Source: Octopus bimaculoides
Taxonomy: Eukaryota
Assembly (NCBI RefSeq): GCF_001194135.2
Contig: NC_068988.1
Coordinates: forward strand, 58,084,382-58,120,896
Reading direction: 5' to 3'
Length of the DNA stretch: 36,515 nucleotides
The translations under genes and the position numbers were made by a program. The notes below the pieces were generated by a model. It was not told where the DNA came from and did no database searches. It was given only the letters and a program-made list of their open reading frames with translations. Positions 1 to 11,574 of the stretch are shown one piece after another (position 1 is the stretch's first letter; each line of letters begins with the position of its first letter).

Positions 1-232
1 ATATATATATGTATGTATGTATGTGTGTCTGTGTTGTCTGTGTTTGTCCCCCCACAACATCGCTTGACAACCGATGCTGGTGTGTTTATGTCTCTGTAAC
101 TTAGCAGTTCAGCAAAAGTGACTGATAGAATAAGTACTAGGCTTGCAAAGAATAAGTCCTGGGGTCGATTTGCTCGACTAAAGGCGGTGCTCCAGCATGG
201 CCGCAGTCAAATGACTGAAACAAGTAAAAGAG
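1..232 (+). mobile_element. SINE family A, 3' half (internal TA/TG microsatellite to the GAAACAAGTAAAAGAGT tail); relatively young copy
   Basis: Reverse complement of 33869-34090; same blocks at 7468, 11575, 16130 and 31700; CpGs largely retained. Confidence 0.85.
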
Positions 233-404
233 TCATTAAAATCATCAGCGTTATTGTCATCACCAACTGCTATTGTCATCATCAAGCATTATTATCAGCA
301 ACTCTCATTGTCATCACCAATCACCTCTGTCATCACCAACTGTCATTGTTATCACCAGCCTTCCAGCACAAAGGTTTTGAGATAACAAAAGGATCAGCAA
401 GGGA

Positions 405-780
405 CCCTGTTGTTGTTGTTTAACCATTATTCAACCTTAGTCAAGCAGATCTTTGATTGAAAGACATTCCATCCATCCATCCATGACCATCCCAGCTTCA
501 CATACTCTGGGCACGACCTTTTTTTAAGAGGGGTGCCCTTGTGATTTGAGGAAGATTTTGTTGCTGTTTCTAGCAGATGGATTGGTTACATAGGGCTTCC
601 CTTTTTGTAAGAGGGTGCCCTTGTGATTTGAGGAAGATTTTGTTGCTGTTTCTAGCAGATGGATTGGTTACATAGGGCTTCCCTTTTTGTAAGAGGGTGC
701 CCTTGTGATTTGAGGAAGATTTTGTTGCTGTTTCTAGCAGATGGATTGGTTACATAGGGTTTCCCTCATTGGCTCATTGT
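405..780. mobile_element. Unclassified dispersed repeat (MITE-like, family D)
   Basis: Shares CCATGACCATCC and GTGATTTGAGGAAGATTT..GCTGTTTCTAGCAG blocks with 25420-25655; weaker matches near 12240 and 34920. Confidence 0.6.
519..766. repeat. 82-bp tandem repeat, 3 near-identical copies
   Basis: GTGATTTGAGGAAG starts at 541, 623 and 705 (period 82). Confidence 0.95.
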
Positions 781-1129
781 GACATCAATGAAGATGGAAG
801 ATGAGTTGTGTGTATGCGTGTGTGCATGCATGTGTGTGTGTGTGTGTGGTATGAAGTAATCAAACGTGGTCAGGTTCCAAGGGCTGCCTGGCTTAGTCAG
901 GTTGAATTATCTTGGAGTGGTCATTTGTTTCAGTTACGCACCTTGCCACTTGTCCTTCCTTCGTGTTATTTATTGCTCGAGCTATGAGACAAGACGGCAA
1001 TTGGCATCATCAACACCACCATCACCGCCATCAACATCATCAAATGACAACACAACCACCACCACCACCACTACCATTTCCGAGAATACATTCTGCTGCA
1101 TATATACATATATTCCACCCCTCAAAGTC

Positions 1130-1136
1130 ACATGTA

Positions 1137-1167
<31 letters not shown>

Positions 1168-1223
1168 GTATATTCATGTGTTTATATATATGTATATATA
1201 TGTATGTATATATGTATGTATAT

Positions 1224-1264
<41 letters not shown>

Positions 1265-1469
1265 TATATGTATGTATATATATGTATATATATATATATA
1301 TCCATATATGTATATATATATCCATATATGTATATATATATGTATGTATAAATATCCATATATGTATGTATATATATATCCATATATGTATATATATATC
1401 CACATATGTATATATATATGTATGTATATATATATATGTATGTATATATATATATATGCATATATGTAT
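1130..1469. repeat. (TA)n/(TATG)n microsatellite running into an N-gap
   Basis: Direct reading; N-gap 1470-2217. Confidence 0.95.
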
Positions 1470-2217
1470 NNNNNNNNNNNNNNNNNNNNNNNNNNNNNNN
1501 NNNNNNNNNNNNNNNNNNNNNNNNNNNNNNNNNNNNNNNNNNNNNNNNNNNNNNNNNNNNNNNNNNNNNNNNNNNNNNNNNNNNNNNNNNNNNNNNNNNN
1601 NNNNNNNNNNNNNNNNNNNNNNNNNNNNNNNNNNNNNNNNNNNNNNNNNNNNNNNNNNNNNNNNNNNNNNNNNNNNNNNNNNNNNNNNNNNNNNNNNNNN
1701 NNNNNNNNNNNNNNNNNNNNNNNNNNNNNNNNNNNNNNNNNNNNNNNNNNNNNNNNNNNNNNNNNNNNNNNNNNNNNNNNNNNNNNNNNNNNNNNNNNNN
1801 NNNNNNNNNNNNNNNNNNNNNNNNNNNNNNNNNNNNNNNNNNNNNNNNNNNNNNNNNNNNNNNNNNNNNNNNNNNNNNNNNNNNNNNNNNNNNNNNNNNN
1901 NNNNNNNNNNNNNNNNNNNNNNNNNNNNNNNNNNNNNNNNNNNNNNNNNNNNNNNNNNNNNNNNNNNNNNNNNNNNNNNNNNNNNNNNNNNNNNNNNNNN
2001 NNNNNNNNNNNNNNNNNNNNNNNNNNNNNNNNNNNNNNNNNNNNNNNNNNNNNNNNNNNNNNNNNNNNNNNNNNNNNNNNNNNNNNNNNNNNNNNNNNNN
2101 NNNNNNNNNNNNNNNNNNNNNNNNNNNNNNNNNNNNNNNNNNNNNNNNNNNNNNNNNNNNNNNNNNNNNNNNNNNNNNNNNNNNNNNNNNNNNNNNNNNN
2201 NNNNNNNNNNNNNNNNN

Positions 2218-2570
2218 TTCATCTCTCTCTCTCACTCTCTGTCTCTCTGTCTTCATCTCACTTCCTTCTTCCTCTCCTCTCACCCACCTGGTTCTCCCTG
2301 GGTGATTGTAAATCTATTTCCACCACCATTCTGGCCATTCCACCCTCTCCCTCTCTCTCTCTGCTGGACTGGCACCATTTCAAGACAGAGCTGGACCAAA
2401 GAGTTCATTCTACTTCCTACATTCTCCTCTTTTCCCTTTTTTCACTTCCTCTTCCTCATTTCCCACTCCTCCTCCTCCTCCTCCTCTCTCTCTCTCTCTC
2501 TCTCTCCTTCCTCACCATATCCACCCCTCCTGCACTCTTCCCTTTCTCACCTCCATCCCTCACAATCTGA
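2218..2570. repeat. CT-rich polypyrimidine / (CT)n,(CCT)n low-complexity tract
   Basis: Direct reading. Confidence 0.85.
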
Positions 2571-2919
2571 CATTTCACAAGCAGCAGCAGCAGCCGTCCT
2601 GGCATGAAGCCCACAGCTTTGACTTTTACTGTTTGACAAACATCAAAAGATGTTCAGCTTATGTCTTCCCCAATATTTTTCCATATTGCTTAATGTTTCT
2701 CCCATATTCCTTGTCTCAATGTTGATGGAGAACGGAGAATGGAAGACAGGAAGATCGGAGAATTCCGGCGGTTGTGGTGGTGGTGGTGGTGGGGGATAGG
2801 CAGAGGAAAACTTGGTTCAGGAGGAATTGTTAATCTGTTGCTGCAAGACAAAGTGGTTCTGTAGAGGGGTGAGGCATAAGGAGAGATGGGGCATTGCTTG
2901 AAGGGGGCTTAATCTCTTT

Positions 2920-3028
2920 ATCTGTGTGTGTTTGAGTGTGTATGTGCATGTGAGAGAGTGGGTGTGTGTATGTGTGTGTGTGTGCATGCATATGTTTTTG
3001 TGTTTTTATGCATGTCAGTGTGTTTGTT

Positions 3029-3061
<33 letters not shown>

Positions 3062-3970
3062 TCATGTGTTTGTGTATGTGGGTGCAGGTGTTTGTGTGTC
3101 TGTTGGTATATGTGTGATTTTTGCCTGTATGTGTGTGTGTATTTATATATGTCTCACTGTATGTGAGTGTATATATGCATGAATGAGCATATGTTTGTGT
3201 ATGTGTGTGTGTATGTTGGCATATGTATGTGTATGTGTGTTTGTGTAGGTATATGTCTCACTATGTATGTATTTGTGTGTATGTATGTGTGAGTGAATAT
3301 GTGTTAGTGTGTGTTTTTGTATGTGTGTGTGTGTGTGTGTGTGTCAGTATATATGTCTCACTGTGTATGTATTTGTTTGTGTAAGTATGTTTGTGTGTGT
3401 CTGATGACATATGTATGCATAATTTGTGTGTGTATTTATGTGTGTGTATATATGTGAATATGTACTTATGTTTTAGTGTGAGTATATCTTTGTGCATAGA
3501 TGTGTGTGCATGTATGTGTGCATGTGTATTGCATGTTTTTTTATATATCATTGTTTATGTATTTTTGTGTGTGGATATATGTACGTGTGATTTTTTTGGC
3601 AGTGTGTGTTTGTTAATGTGTGCGGATATGCATGTGTGTTTGCATGTTAGTGTGTGTGAGTCTGTGCACATGTATATTGTGTTTGCTTTTTATGTTACTG
3701 CGTGTATGTTTTTTGTGTGTTTGCTTTTTATGTTACTGCGTGTATGTTTTTTGTGTGTGAGCTTGTGGGTGTGGGTTTTCTGTGATTTCTATGTTATGTG
3801 TGTAAGTCTTTCAGTGTGTGTACATTGTGTTCTATAGCAGTGTGTGTATGTATGATATTTGTGTTCATAATTTGCCAGTGTGTGATGTGTGTAAATATGT
3901 CTTGAATATATGTGAATATATGTGAATATTTGTGTGCGTGTACACACACACACACACACACACACACATA
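2920..3970. repeat. Degenerate (TG)n/(TGTA)n tract ending in (AC)n; contains a 38-bp tandem duplication (3683 and 3721)
   Basis: Direct reading. Confidence 0.9.
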
Positions 3971-3971
3971 G

Positions 3972-4078
3972 CATCATCATCATTTAGCATCTGCCTTCCA
4001 TGCTGGCACAGGTTTGACAGTTTGACAATTTGACTGGAACTGGTAAGCCAGAGAGCTGCATCAGGTTCCAGTCAAGCA
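3972..4078 (-). mobile_element. 3' end of an RTE-type retroelement with (GAT)n tail
   Basis: Reverse complement resembles 14150-14250 and 26140-26245. Confidence 0.7.
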
Positions 4079-4307
4079 TTTTTCTTATTTTATCATTGCA
4101 CCCACACTGGTGAGGTTGTCTTGTACCCAGCAAAACCAAGGAGTCCTTTCTATGTTTCCAATTTCTTTTGCCACTGCTGTCACAGATTGCCATGACTCTG
4201 TTGCCATCCAGAGTCATGACAGCATGAAAAGCGAACATTAAATGTTAGTGAGGGACTATGATGATAATGATGATGACGATGATGATGATGATGATGATGA
4301 GTCTAGA

Positions 4308-4520
4308 TTGGTACCTTTTTAATGAGCCTGAAAGTATGAAAAGCAAAGTTGACCTTAGCACAGTTTGAACTCAGAATGCCATGGCACCCTCCAATCCACT
4401 GCTCTTGGCTGATATGTTGTTTTATCGACTCTGAAAAAAATGAAAGGTTAAGCTGACCTCAGTGGGGTTTGAACTTAAAGCACCAAGTGTCAGAACGAAA
4501 GCCCACAAGGCATTTTATCT
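4308..4520 (-). mobile_element. Two decayed partial family C SINE fragments
   Basis: GAAAG..ATGAAA.GCAAAGTTGACCT...TTTGAACTCAGAA blocks match 29600-29680. Confidence 0.55.
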
Positions 4521-4691
4521 GTGTGTGCTTGTGTGTGCTTGTATATGTATTTATCATTATGTGAATTCATGCGTTAGTGTGTATGTGTGTGTGTGAGAGT
4601 GCACGAGTGTGAGCGTGCATGTGTGTGTCTATGAATGCATCAGTGTGTATGTATGTGCATTCGAGTGAGTCAATGTATGTGTGAAAGAGGA

Positions 4692-4730
<39 letters not shown>

Positions 4731-4874
4731 TGAATCTGCATATGTGTGTGTGAGTATGTGTGTGTGTGTGTGTGTGTGTATTTGTCTGTGCCTGTATGTC
4801 CATGTAAGTATGTATACATGTGAGCAACTGTCACTATGTGTGTGTGTTTGACAGAAAAACCATGTACCTCATAA

Positions 4875-4906
<32 letters not shown>

Positions 4907-5560
4907 TGTGTGTGTGTTTGTATATGTCTATGTATCTATGTATAAGTGAATTTCTTTTAACTTGTCCCTTAGAAATTCCACCACCTCCCATCTTTATTTT
5001 CAAAAATATCCAAGAAAAATTTAAAAAAAAACGATAAAAAGCAGTAAAAAATTAATGTTTCTTTTTATTGTTTCATTGAAAGTTAAAAAAAACCCAAAAC
5101 AAAACAGACGTACCTCAAACAAAATTCTCACCCCTATAGGGTTAAGTGTTACTGTCATCAATCATTAGTCATGTGTGATGTTTGACAAGGTTTCTGTTAA
5201 AAGGAGGTGATGGGTAGGCGGGATGGGGTGAGAGCGAATGTGGCAGGATAGGGTGGGGGCAGGGGTGAGTGGACAATGTAGGGAAAAAGAAAGAGAGAGA
5301 GAGAGAGAGAGGTGATATTTATGTATAAAGTTGTTATCGATCAATAAGTTCAGTAGGTCCTTTTTGTGTAGATAGATGAGGGCCTGCCCCTGAACATCCT
5401 TCATCCTTTTGATACCAACCTGTCTGGGACTGCCCCTGGTTCTGTGACACAGCCTCAACCATTTTAAAATGGATCTAGATCATAATCTCCCATCAAAATT
5501 TGATGTTAATTTGGTTGAGACACCGACGACAAAATTATTTTACTAAAATCTTCATTGTTA

Positions 5561-5747
5561 TATAGGCTGCTTGACATTTTTGAGGAGGGAACTAGTTGAT
5601 TACATCAACCCCACCGTTTCACACTGGTACTTAATTTATTAACCTCAAAAGGATGCCTCGGCAGAATTCAAACTTAGAACATAAGGAAAAACGAATTGCC
5701 ACTAAGTATATTGCCTGGTTTGCTAATGATTCTGTCAGCTTGCTACC

Positions 5748-5749
<2 letters not shown>
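5561..5749 (-). mobile_element. Family C tRNA-headed SINE, CpG-decayed
   Basis: Colinear with 29521-29730; head abuts (AAT)n. Confidence 0.75.
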
Positions 5750-5794
<45 letters not shown>

Positions 5795-5829
5795 AATGAT
5801 AACTATAATAATAATAACAATAATAGAAT

Positions 5830-6147
5830 AATTCACCTTTGGAAACATGGGTGTACCTTATTCAGGGACCTTTTGAGCGTGATGGGCTACTCAACCTGAA
5901 GAAAATTCTAACTGGGTCCCACTTGCGAGGTCATGCGCTGTTAATCTTCATATGAGATCACCATGTCGCGCGCATATGGTTGTGATGCATGTACCTGGTG
6001 TACCCTTATCAAACGGGTAGTCATGATGGGTATACTAGGCTTCGTATATTTTACCCCTGTGTCNNNNNNNNNNGTCATGATGGGTATACTAGGCTTCGTA
6101 TATTTTACCCCTGTGTCACTTTGATGGCATGCACTGCTCTCTCACTC

Positions 6148-6148
<1 letters not shown>
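5830..6148. mobile_element. Unclassified retroelement-like terminal fragment bracketed by (AAT)n
   Basis: Complex sequence with (AAT)n on both sides and no ORF; class uncertain. Confidence 0.4.
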
Positions 6149-6178
<30 letters not shown>

Positions 6179-6180
6179 GT

Positions 6181-6394
6181 GGTTTCAAATTTTACCACAA
6201 GGGCAGTCATTTTATGGGAGGGGATATGTTGATTATATTGACCCCAGTGTTCAATTGGTATGTAATTTATCGACCCTGAAAGGATGAAAGGCAAAGTCGA
6301 CCTCCACGGAATTCGAACTCAGAATGCAGCGATGGGCGAAATACCATTAAGCATTTCACCCAACTTGCTAACGATTCTGCAAGCTCGCCACCTT
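6181..6394 (-). mobile_element. Family C SINE
   Basis: ATCGACCCTGAAAGGATGAAAGGCAAAGTCGACCT core and ...GCTCGCCACCTT head; (AAT)n on both flanks. Confidence 0.8.
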
Positions 6395-6726
6395 AAATAA
6401 TAATAATAATAATAATAATAATAGTAATGATAATAATAATGATATTGATTTTGATGCTGCATCGGGGCCAGGAAATACTTCAGCAGCTAACCAGATATAC
6501 ATATACACATTGACACAAATAGACAGTAATCCCTTGCCATATTGCAGTTCACCTGTTGCAGTTTATTATTTAAGCTTACGTCTATTCCTCTGTGGTGTTG
6601 TTTTGCATTTATAAACATAACCTCCTTCCTTGGCGAAGGTAATAAAATATATGCAAATTATAAAAATAATTGAAAAAGACATACACTACCGCACTGTTTC
6701 TACTTCGTGGATTTTCACCTATCGTA

Positions 6727-6745
6727 GGGTGGGGGTGGGGTTGGG
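6727..6745 (+). other. Canonical G-quadruplex motif GGGTGGGGGTGGGGTTGGG
   Basis: Four G3+ runs with 1-2 nt loops. Confidence 0.6.
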
Positions 6746-7250
6746 ACATAACACCCGCAATAGTCGAGGGATTACTGTGTATTTTGACACAAACGTGCCC
6801 ACACACACGCACAGGTACTTTGCACACATTCACTCTAAACACACACATACTAAGACACACACATACACATACATGTACGGCTACATATTCATGTATTCAC
6901 ACATACTCCAACATGTACGGCTACAGTGTGCACATCTGCATACTGACTTTGATAAACTTACATATTTGCACGGATTGCCTCGACACATGCTATGTAAAAA
7001 CAAAAGCAAAACAATAAAACCATGATTACATTAGTAATTATGGAGTTCAATTAATGTGACAGTGATTGAGTTTTAAACAGTTTCTGTAAGGCAAAGGCTC
7101 CATTTTAAAGTCATTAACTAATGAAGCAGGAAGTGTAACGTCAAATATTAGGTGTTGCAAAAGCGTCATATTTTTCCATATTCTAAACACGTTCTCTACG
7201 CTTTCATATGATGCCAGTAAAGGAGTGTCAGAAATGGTAGCCAAATTCCC

Positions 7251-7400
7251 TTAATCCTTTAGCATTTAGATTTCTTTGTCAAATGTAATGCTTATTTATT
7301 CACATTGTTTTGAATTAATCATGGATTGTCTTGTAACTTCAAGATTTCATTAGTGTGGCTGTATATTTTTAACACCAGAAGTACCAACATTTCTTACTTC
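7251..7400 (+). mobile_element. TTAA-ended (piggyBac-type) MITE fragment
   Basis: TTAA-TCCTTTAGCATT terminus; interior matches 26716-26875 and 15851-15910. Confidence 0.6.
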
Positions 7401-7467
7401 CTACGAGGACCATAGCGGTTATTTCTGACCAGCATTGAAAATCTTTATTTAGTACAATTGTGTCTGT

Positions 7468-7662
7468 GCTTGTTCCCCTATCACTGCTTGACAACTGGTG
7501 TTGGTGTGTTTACATCCCTGTAACTTAGTGGTGTGGCAAAAGAGACTGATAGAATAGGTACTAGGCTTAAGGAATAATTCCTGGGGTCGATTTGTTCTAC
7601 TAAAACTGTTCAAGGTGGTACTCCAGCATGATCACAGTAAATTGACTGAAACATGTAAAAGG
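7468..7662 (+). mobile_element. SINE family A 3' half, CpG-decayed
   Basis: Aligns with 40-232 with many CG>TG/CA changes. Confidence 0.8.
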
Positions 7663-7887
7663 ATACACACACACACACATATATATACATATATATATAT
7701 CTACTTTTTTTCCTCTGTCTTCTTTTTCTTTTGGACTTTCCTCTCTCTCTTGTTTCTGAAGAAGAGCTTTGCTTGAAACATAAAACCACTTTTCTTTCCT
7801 TCCCTGAACATCTGCTAATACTTTACATGTACCACGTCCTCATGTTGTTGTTTTTTTTGTGTTTGTTCTTTGTTTTTTTTTTTGATT

Positions 7888-7919
<32 letters not shown>

Positions 7920-8761
7920 NNNNNNNNNNNNNNNNNNNNNNNNNNNNNNNNNNNNNNNNNNNNNNNNNNNNNNNNNNNNNNNNNNNNNNNNNNNNNNNNN
8001 NNNNNNNNNNNNNNNNNNNNNNNNNNNNNNNNNNNNNNNNNNNNNNNNNNNNNNNNNNNNNNNNNNNNNNNNNNNNNNNNNNNNNNNNNNNNNNNNNNNN
8101 NNNNNNNNNNNNNNNNNNNNNNNNNNNNNNNNNNNNNNNNNNNNNNNNNNNNNNNNNNNNNNNNNNNNNNNNNNNNNNNNNNNNNNNNNNNNNNNNNNNN
8201 NNNNNNNNNNNNNNNNNNNNNNNNNNNNNNNNNNNNNNNNNNNNNNNNNNNNNNNNNNNNNNNNNNNNNNNNNNNNNNNNNNNNNNNNNNNNNNNNNNNN
8301 NNNNNNNNNNNNNNNNNNNNNNNNNNNNNNNNNNNNNNNNNNNNNNNNNNNNNNNNNNNNNNNNNNNNNNNNNNNNNNNNNNNNNNNNNNNNNNNNNNNN
8401 NNNNNNNNNNNNNNNNNNNNNNNNNNNNNNNNNNNNNNNNNNNNNNNNNNNNNNNNNNNNNNNNNNNNNNNNNNNNNNNNNNNNNNNNNNNNNNNNNNNN
8501 NNNNNNNNNNNNNNNNNNNNNNNNNNNNNNNNNNNNNNNNNNNNNNNNNNNNNNNNNNNNNNNNNNNNNNNNNNNNNNNNNNNNNNNNNNNNNNNNNNNN
8601 NNNNNNNNNNNNNNNNNNNNNNNNNNNNNNNNNNNNNNNNNNNNNNNNNNNNNNNNNNNNNNNNNNNNNNNNNNNNNNNNNNNNNNNNNNNNNNNNNNNN
8701 NNNNNNNNNNNNNNNNNNNNNNNNNNNNNNNNNNNNNNNNNNNNNNNNNNNNNNATATATA

Positions 8762-8935
8762 TATGGGAGAATGTACGAATAAACAACAACAGACGAGGAC
8801 AGGTGGTGTAAATAACAAAAGGATGTATTAGTATGACGCTCAGGAATACAGAAAGTCATTGACGTTTCGAGCTACGCTCTTCAGCAGAAAGAATACGGAG
8901 ACAAGGAGAAAAACACGGAGAAAAAAAATTGAATA
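8762..8935 (-). mobile_element. Penelope-like element terminal (pLTR) remnant, copy 1, with hammerhead-like motif
   Basis: Minus strand 8892-8856 reads TCTTT-CTGCTGA-A-GAGC-GTA-GCTC-GAAAC-GTC-AATGA; tandem homolog at 8974-9170. Confidence 0.6.
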
Positions 8936-8973
8936 GTATTCAGTCAACACACACACACATATATATGTATATA

Positions 8974-9170
8974 TAGGGAGAATTCACAAAAACAAAAAAC
9001 AAAAGATGAAGACAGTTGGTGTAGAAAACAAACAGATGTATTAGTATAACGCTCAGGAATTGAAGAAGTCTTCAACGTTTCAAGCCTACGCTCTTCCACA
9101 GACAGAAACAAAGAGAGAAACAAGGAGAGGAAAAAAAGAATGTGTAGTGGCTAGCGATCTATCATGGCGA
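8974..9170 (-). mobile_element. Penelope-like terminal remnant, copy 2
   Basis: Shares GGGAGAAT, GGTGTA..AACAAA..GATGTATTAGTAT.ACGCTCAGGAAT and ACGTTTC.AG..TACGCTCTTC blocks with copy 1. Confidence 0.55.
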
Positions 9171-9333
9171 ATATATATATGCATATACATTTATATATAT
9201 ATATATGTGTGTGTGCGTGTGTGTGTATACACATATGTATATATATATATATCTCTAAATATATATACATATATATACATATTAAAATATATATATATGC
9301 ATACACATGTATATAGATATCTCTAAATATTTG

Positions 9334-9389
<56 letters not shown>

Positions 9390-9457
9390 NNNNNNNNNNN
9401 NNNNNNNNNNNNNNNNNNNNNNNNNNNNNNNNNNNNNNNNNNNNNNNNNNNNNNNNN

Positions 9458-9506
<49 letters not shown>

Positions 9507-10254
9507 TATATATATAAATATTTATACACACACACACACACACACACACACATTATATAGACCACAGAACACAAACGTATATTCATTGAAGAATCTCCAC
9601 TAATCCTCATGGCTTTCCTGTTGCTAACTCAGGGTGTGTGTATATATATATGCATGCCTTTTAAAGGGACCAGGTCCGCATGACTAAAAGGGGAGAGGCG
9701 GAGACAAGGACCAGCATGCGCGAGTTCTTAGGCATGTGCATAAGTTTGCGGTTGCATTCGTTCACGTATGCATATGCACAGCAAGCCTCTGTAAACCTGT
9801 GCGCACACATGTGTATATATGTACGTATATGTATGTGTACATATGTGTATACATGTGCATGCGGATGTACTTGTATGTTATGTGCATGCGGATGTACTTG
9901 TATGTTATGTGCATTTGCGCATATTTGCATATGTGTCGTCGCGCATGTGTTCAGAATGAACACCAGGAAGCAGTGCTACCCATTATCTACCCCCATTTGT
10001 ATGTACCCTCACCCCCACCATCACTCCACCATCACCTACCCCCAACACACTCCCCCCCCTCTCTTTCCTGACTCATTTGATCTAATCTATTAAAATGTCA
10101 GAAAATAGAAAATCCTCTCCTGACAGCTTTACATCACTGCTAGATGGCGCTACTAAAGACGCTTAAGCAATATGGCAACATGGTGTCTTGTTTTGTTTAT
10201 TGTTGTTGTTGTTGTTGGTTTATTGTTTTCTTATTTTTAATTTCTACCTTGTAT

Positions 10255-10680
10255 TGTTATTTGGTTGTGGTGGTGGTGGTGGTAGTAGTAGTAGCGGTGG
10301 TGGTTTTAGTGTTATTGTTGGTGGTTATGCTGGTAGTGGTGGTATTGGTGTTGCTGATTGTGGTACAGGCACTAGTGGTGGTGGTGATGCTGATTGTGGT
10401 ACAAGCACTAGTGGTGGTGATGCTACTGATTGTGGTACAGGCACTAGTGGTGGTGGCGGTGGTCTGCTGATTGTGGTACAGGTGGTGGTGTTTGTGGTGG
10501 TGGAGATGGTGGTTGTGATAATGTTAGTGATAGCAGTAGTAGTTAGTGACTGATGGTGGTGGTGGTGGTGTTGCTGATCGTGGTACAGGCACAAGTGGTG
10601 ATGGTGAGGCTTGTGGATTTTCTGGTAGCGTTGATCTCTGATAGAGAGTTGGCGATGATTATAGTAATGCTGTTGAAATT
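10255..10680. repeat. (GGT)n-derived low-complexity tract with 5 copies of CTGAT(T/C)GTGGTACA
   Basis: Core starts at 10354, 10390, 10426, 10467 and 10574. Confidence 0.85.
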
Positions 10681-10747
10681 GAGAATAATTGCAATATATT
10701 ACAGTAGCAATGATGTAAATAACTCAGTGTGTGTGTATGTATGTATA

Positions 10748-10814
<67 letters not shown>

Positions 10815-11277
10815 TATCTTCTTTAATTGTTAGAATTCTTGCTGTAAAGAAGGATCCTGTCTCTGTCAAACATCCAAAGATGTCTTGGTATTTCAAGATA
10901 ATGACTTTCTTTTCCTTCGTTTTTTTGCCAAATAACCACACACGCTATATACTTGTTCTTCAGTTCAGCTTTATTATTATTATTATCTTTCCTCATTTTA
11001 GTGCCCTTTAACTGAAATCTTTCATCACACTTTCTGTGACCTCTTCAGTGACTACCCATCCATGTGTCTCCTCCTGTCCTGTTTAACTGTTTAGTCCATT
11101 CTGTCCTATGATATGCATCTTTATCTGCGCTTGCATTTGCTTCTGTATCTGTGTGCATTGGTGCAAAACAAATACATAAATATAATATATTTTCACTGTT
11201 ATACATACAAACTATATTCATCATGTGTAATTGGTTACTTTTTTCATCTGGAAACCCTAGAGTTACAAGATTGTCAC

Positions 11278-11395
11278 TTAACCCATTAGCATTTAAACCA
11301 GCCATATCTGGCCCAAATAATCTATCTGTTTTATGTTCAAACTGGCCAGATCCAGCCTCTCATACCTACTTCTGTCATTGTATATAATTTATTTC
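11278..11395 (-). mobile_element. Opposite end of the TTAA MITE family
   Basis: TTAA-CCCATTAGCATT terminus; 11350-11390 is the reverse complement of a block near 26835-26860. Confidence 0.6.
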
Positions 11396-11469
11396 TCCTA
11401 TTCCAAAGGACTACACCTGGCCTGTTATGTGGCTCTTTGTGGAAATGCCGACACCTGTTTATTTATTTA

Positions 11470-11545
11470 TGCGCCCTTTTAAAGCCTAGCCAGGCTCATG
11501 GGCCCGGTTTCCTGGTTTCTATTTGTGTATGTGCTCCCCTCCACC
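11470..11545 (-). mobile_element. 3' end fragment of a family B SINE
   Basis: Reverse complement resembles 24090-24160. Confidence 0.45.
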
Positions 11546-11574
11546 ACATACATATATGTATATGTGTGTCTGTC

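Noticed and set aside
519-766. CRISPR-like array (also considered for the about 65-bp units at 13802-14090)
   Set aside because: Eukaryotic context, head-to-tail units without unique spacers, no cas genes
866-2607. Long ORFs of 160-550 aa here, and similar ones at 7731-8859, 16571-18081, 24607-25297 and 30152-31198
   Set aside because: Open only because they run through N-gaps and stop-free dinucleotide repeats
7047-7244. Short non-repeat ORFs (also 3984-4238, 31998-32234, 34487-34855 and 35282-35488)
   Set aside because: No recognisable domains; lengths expected by chance; some overlap SINE fragments
10836-10889. 54-nt plus-strand exon candidate (NSCCKEGSCLCQTSKDVL or ILAVKKDPVSVKHPKMSW)
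   Set aside because: Mediocre splice sites, two frames open, no recognisable homology
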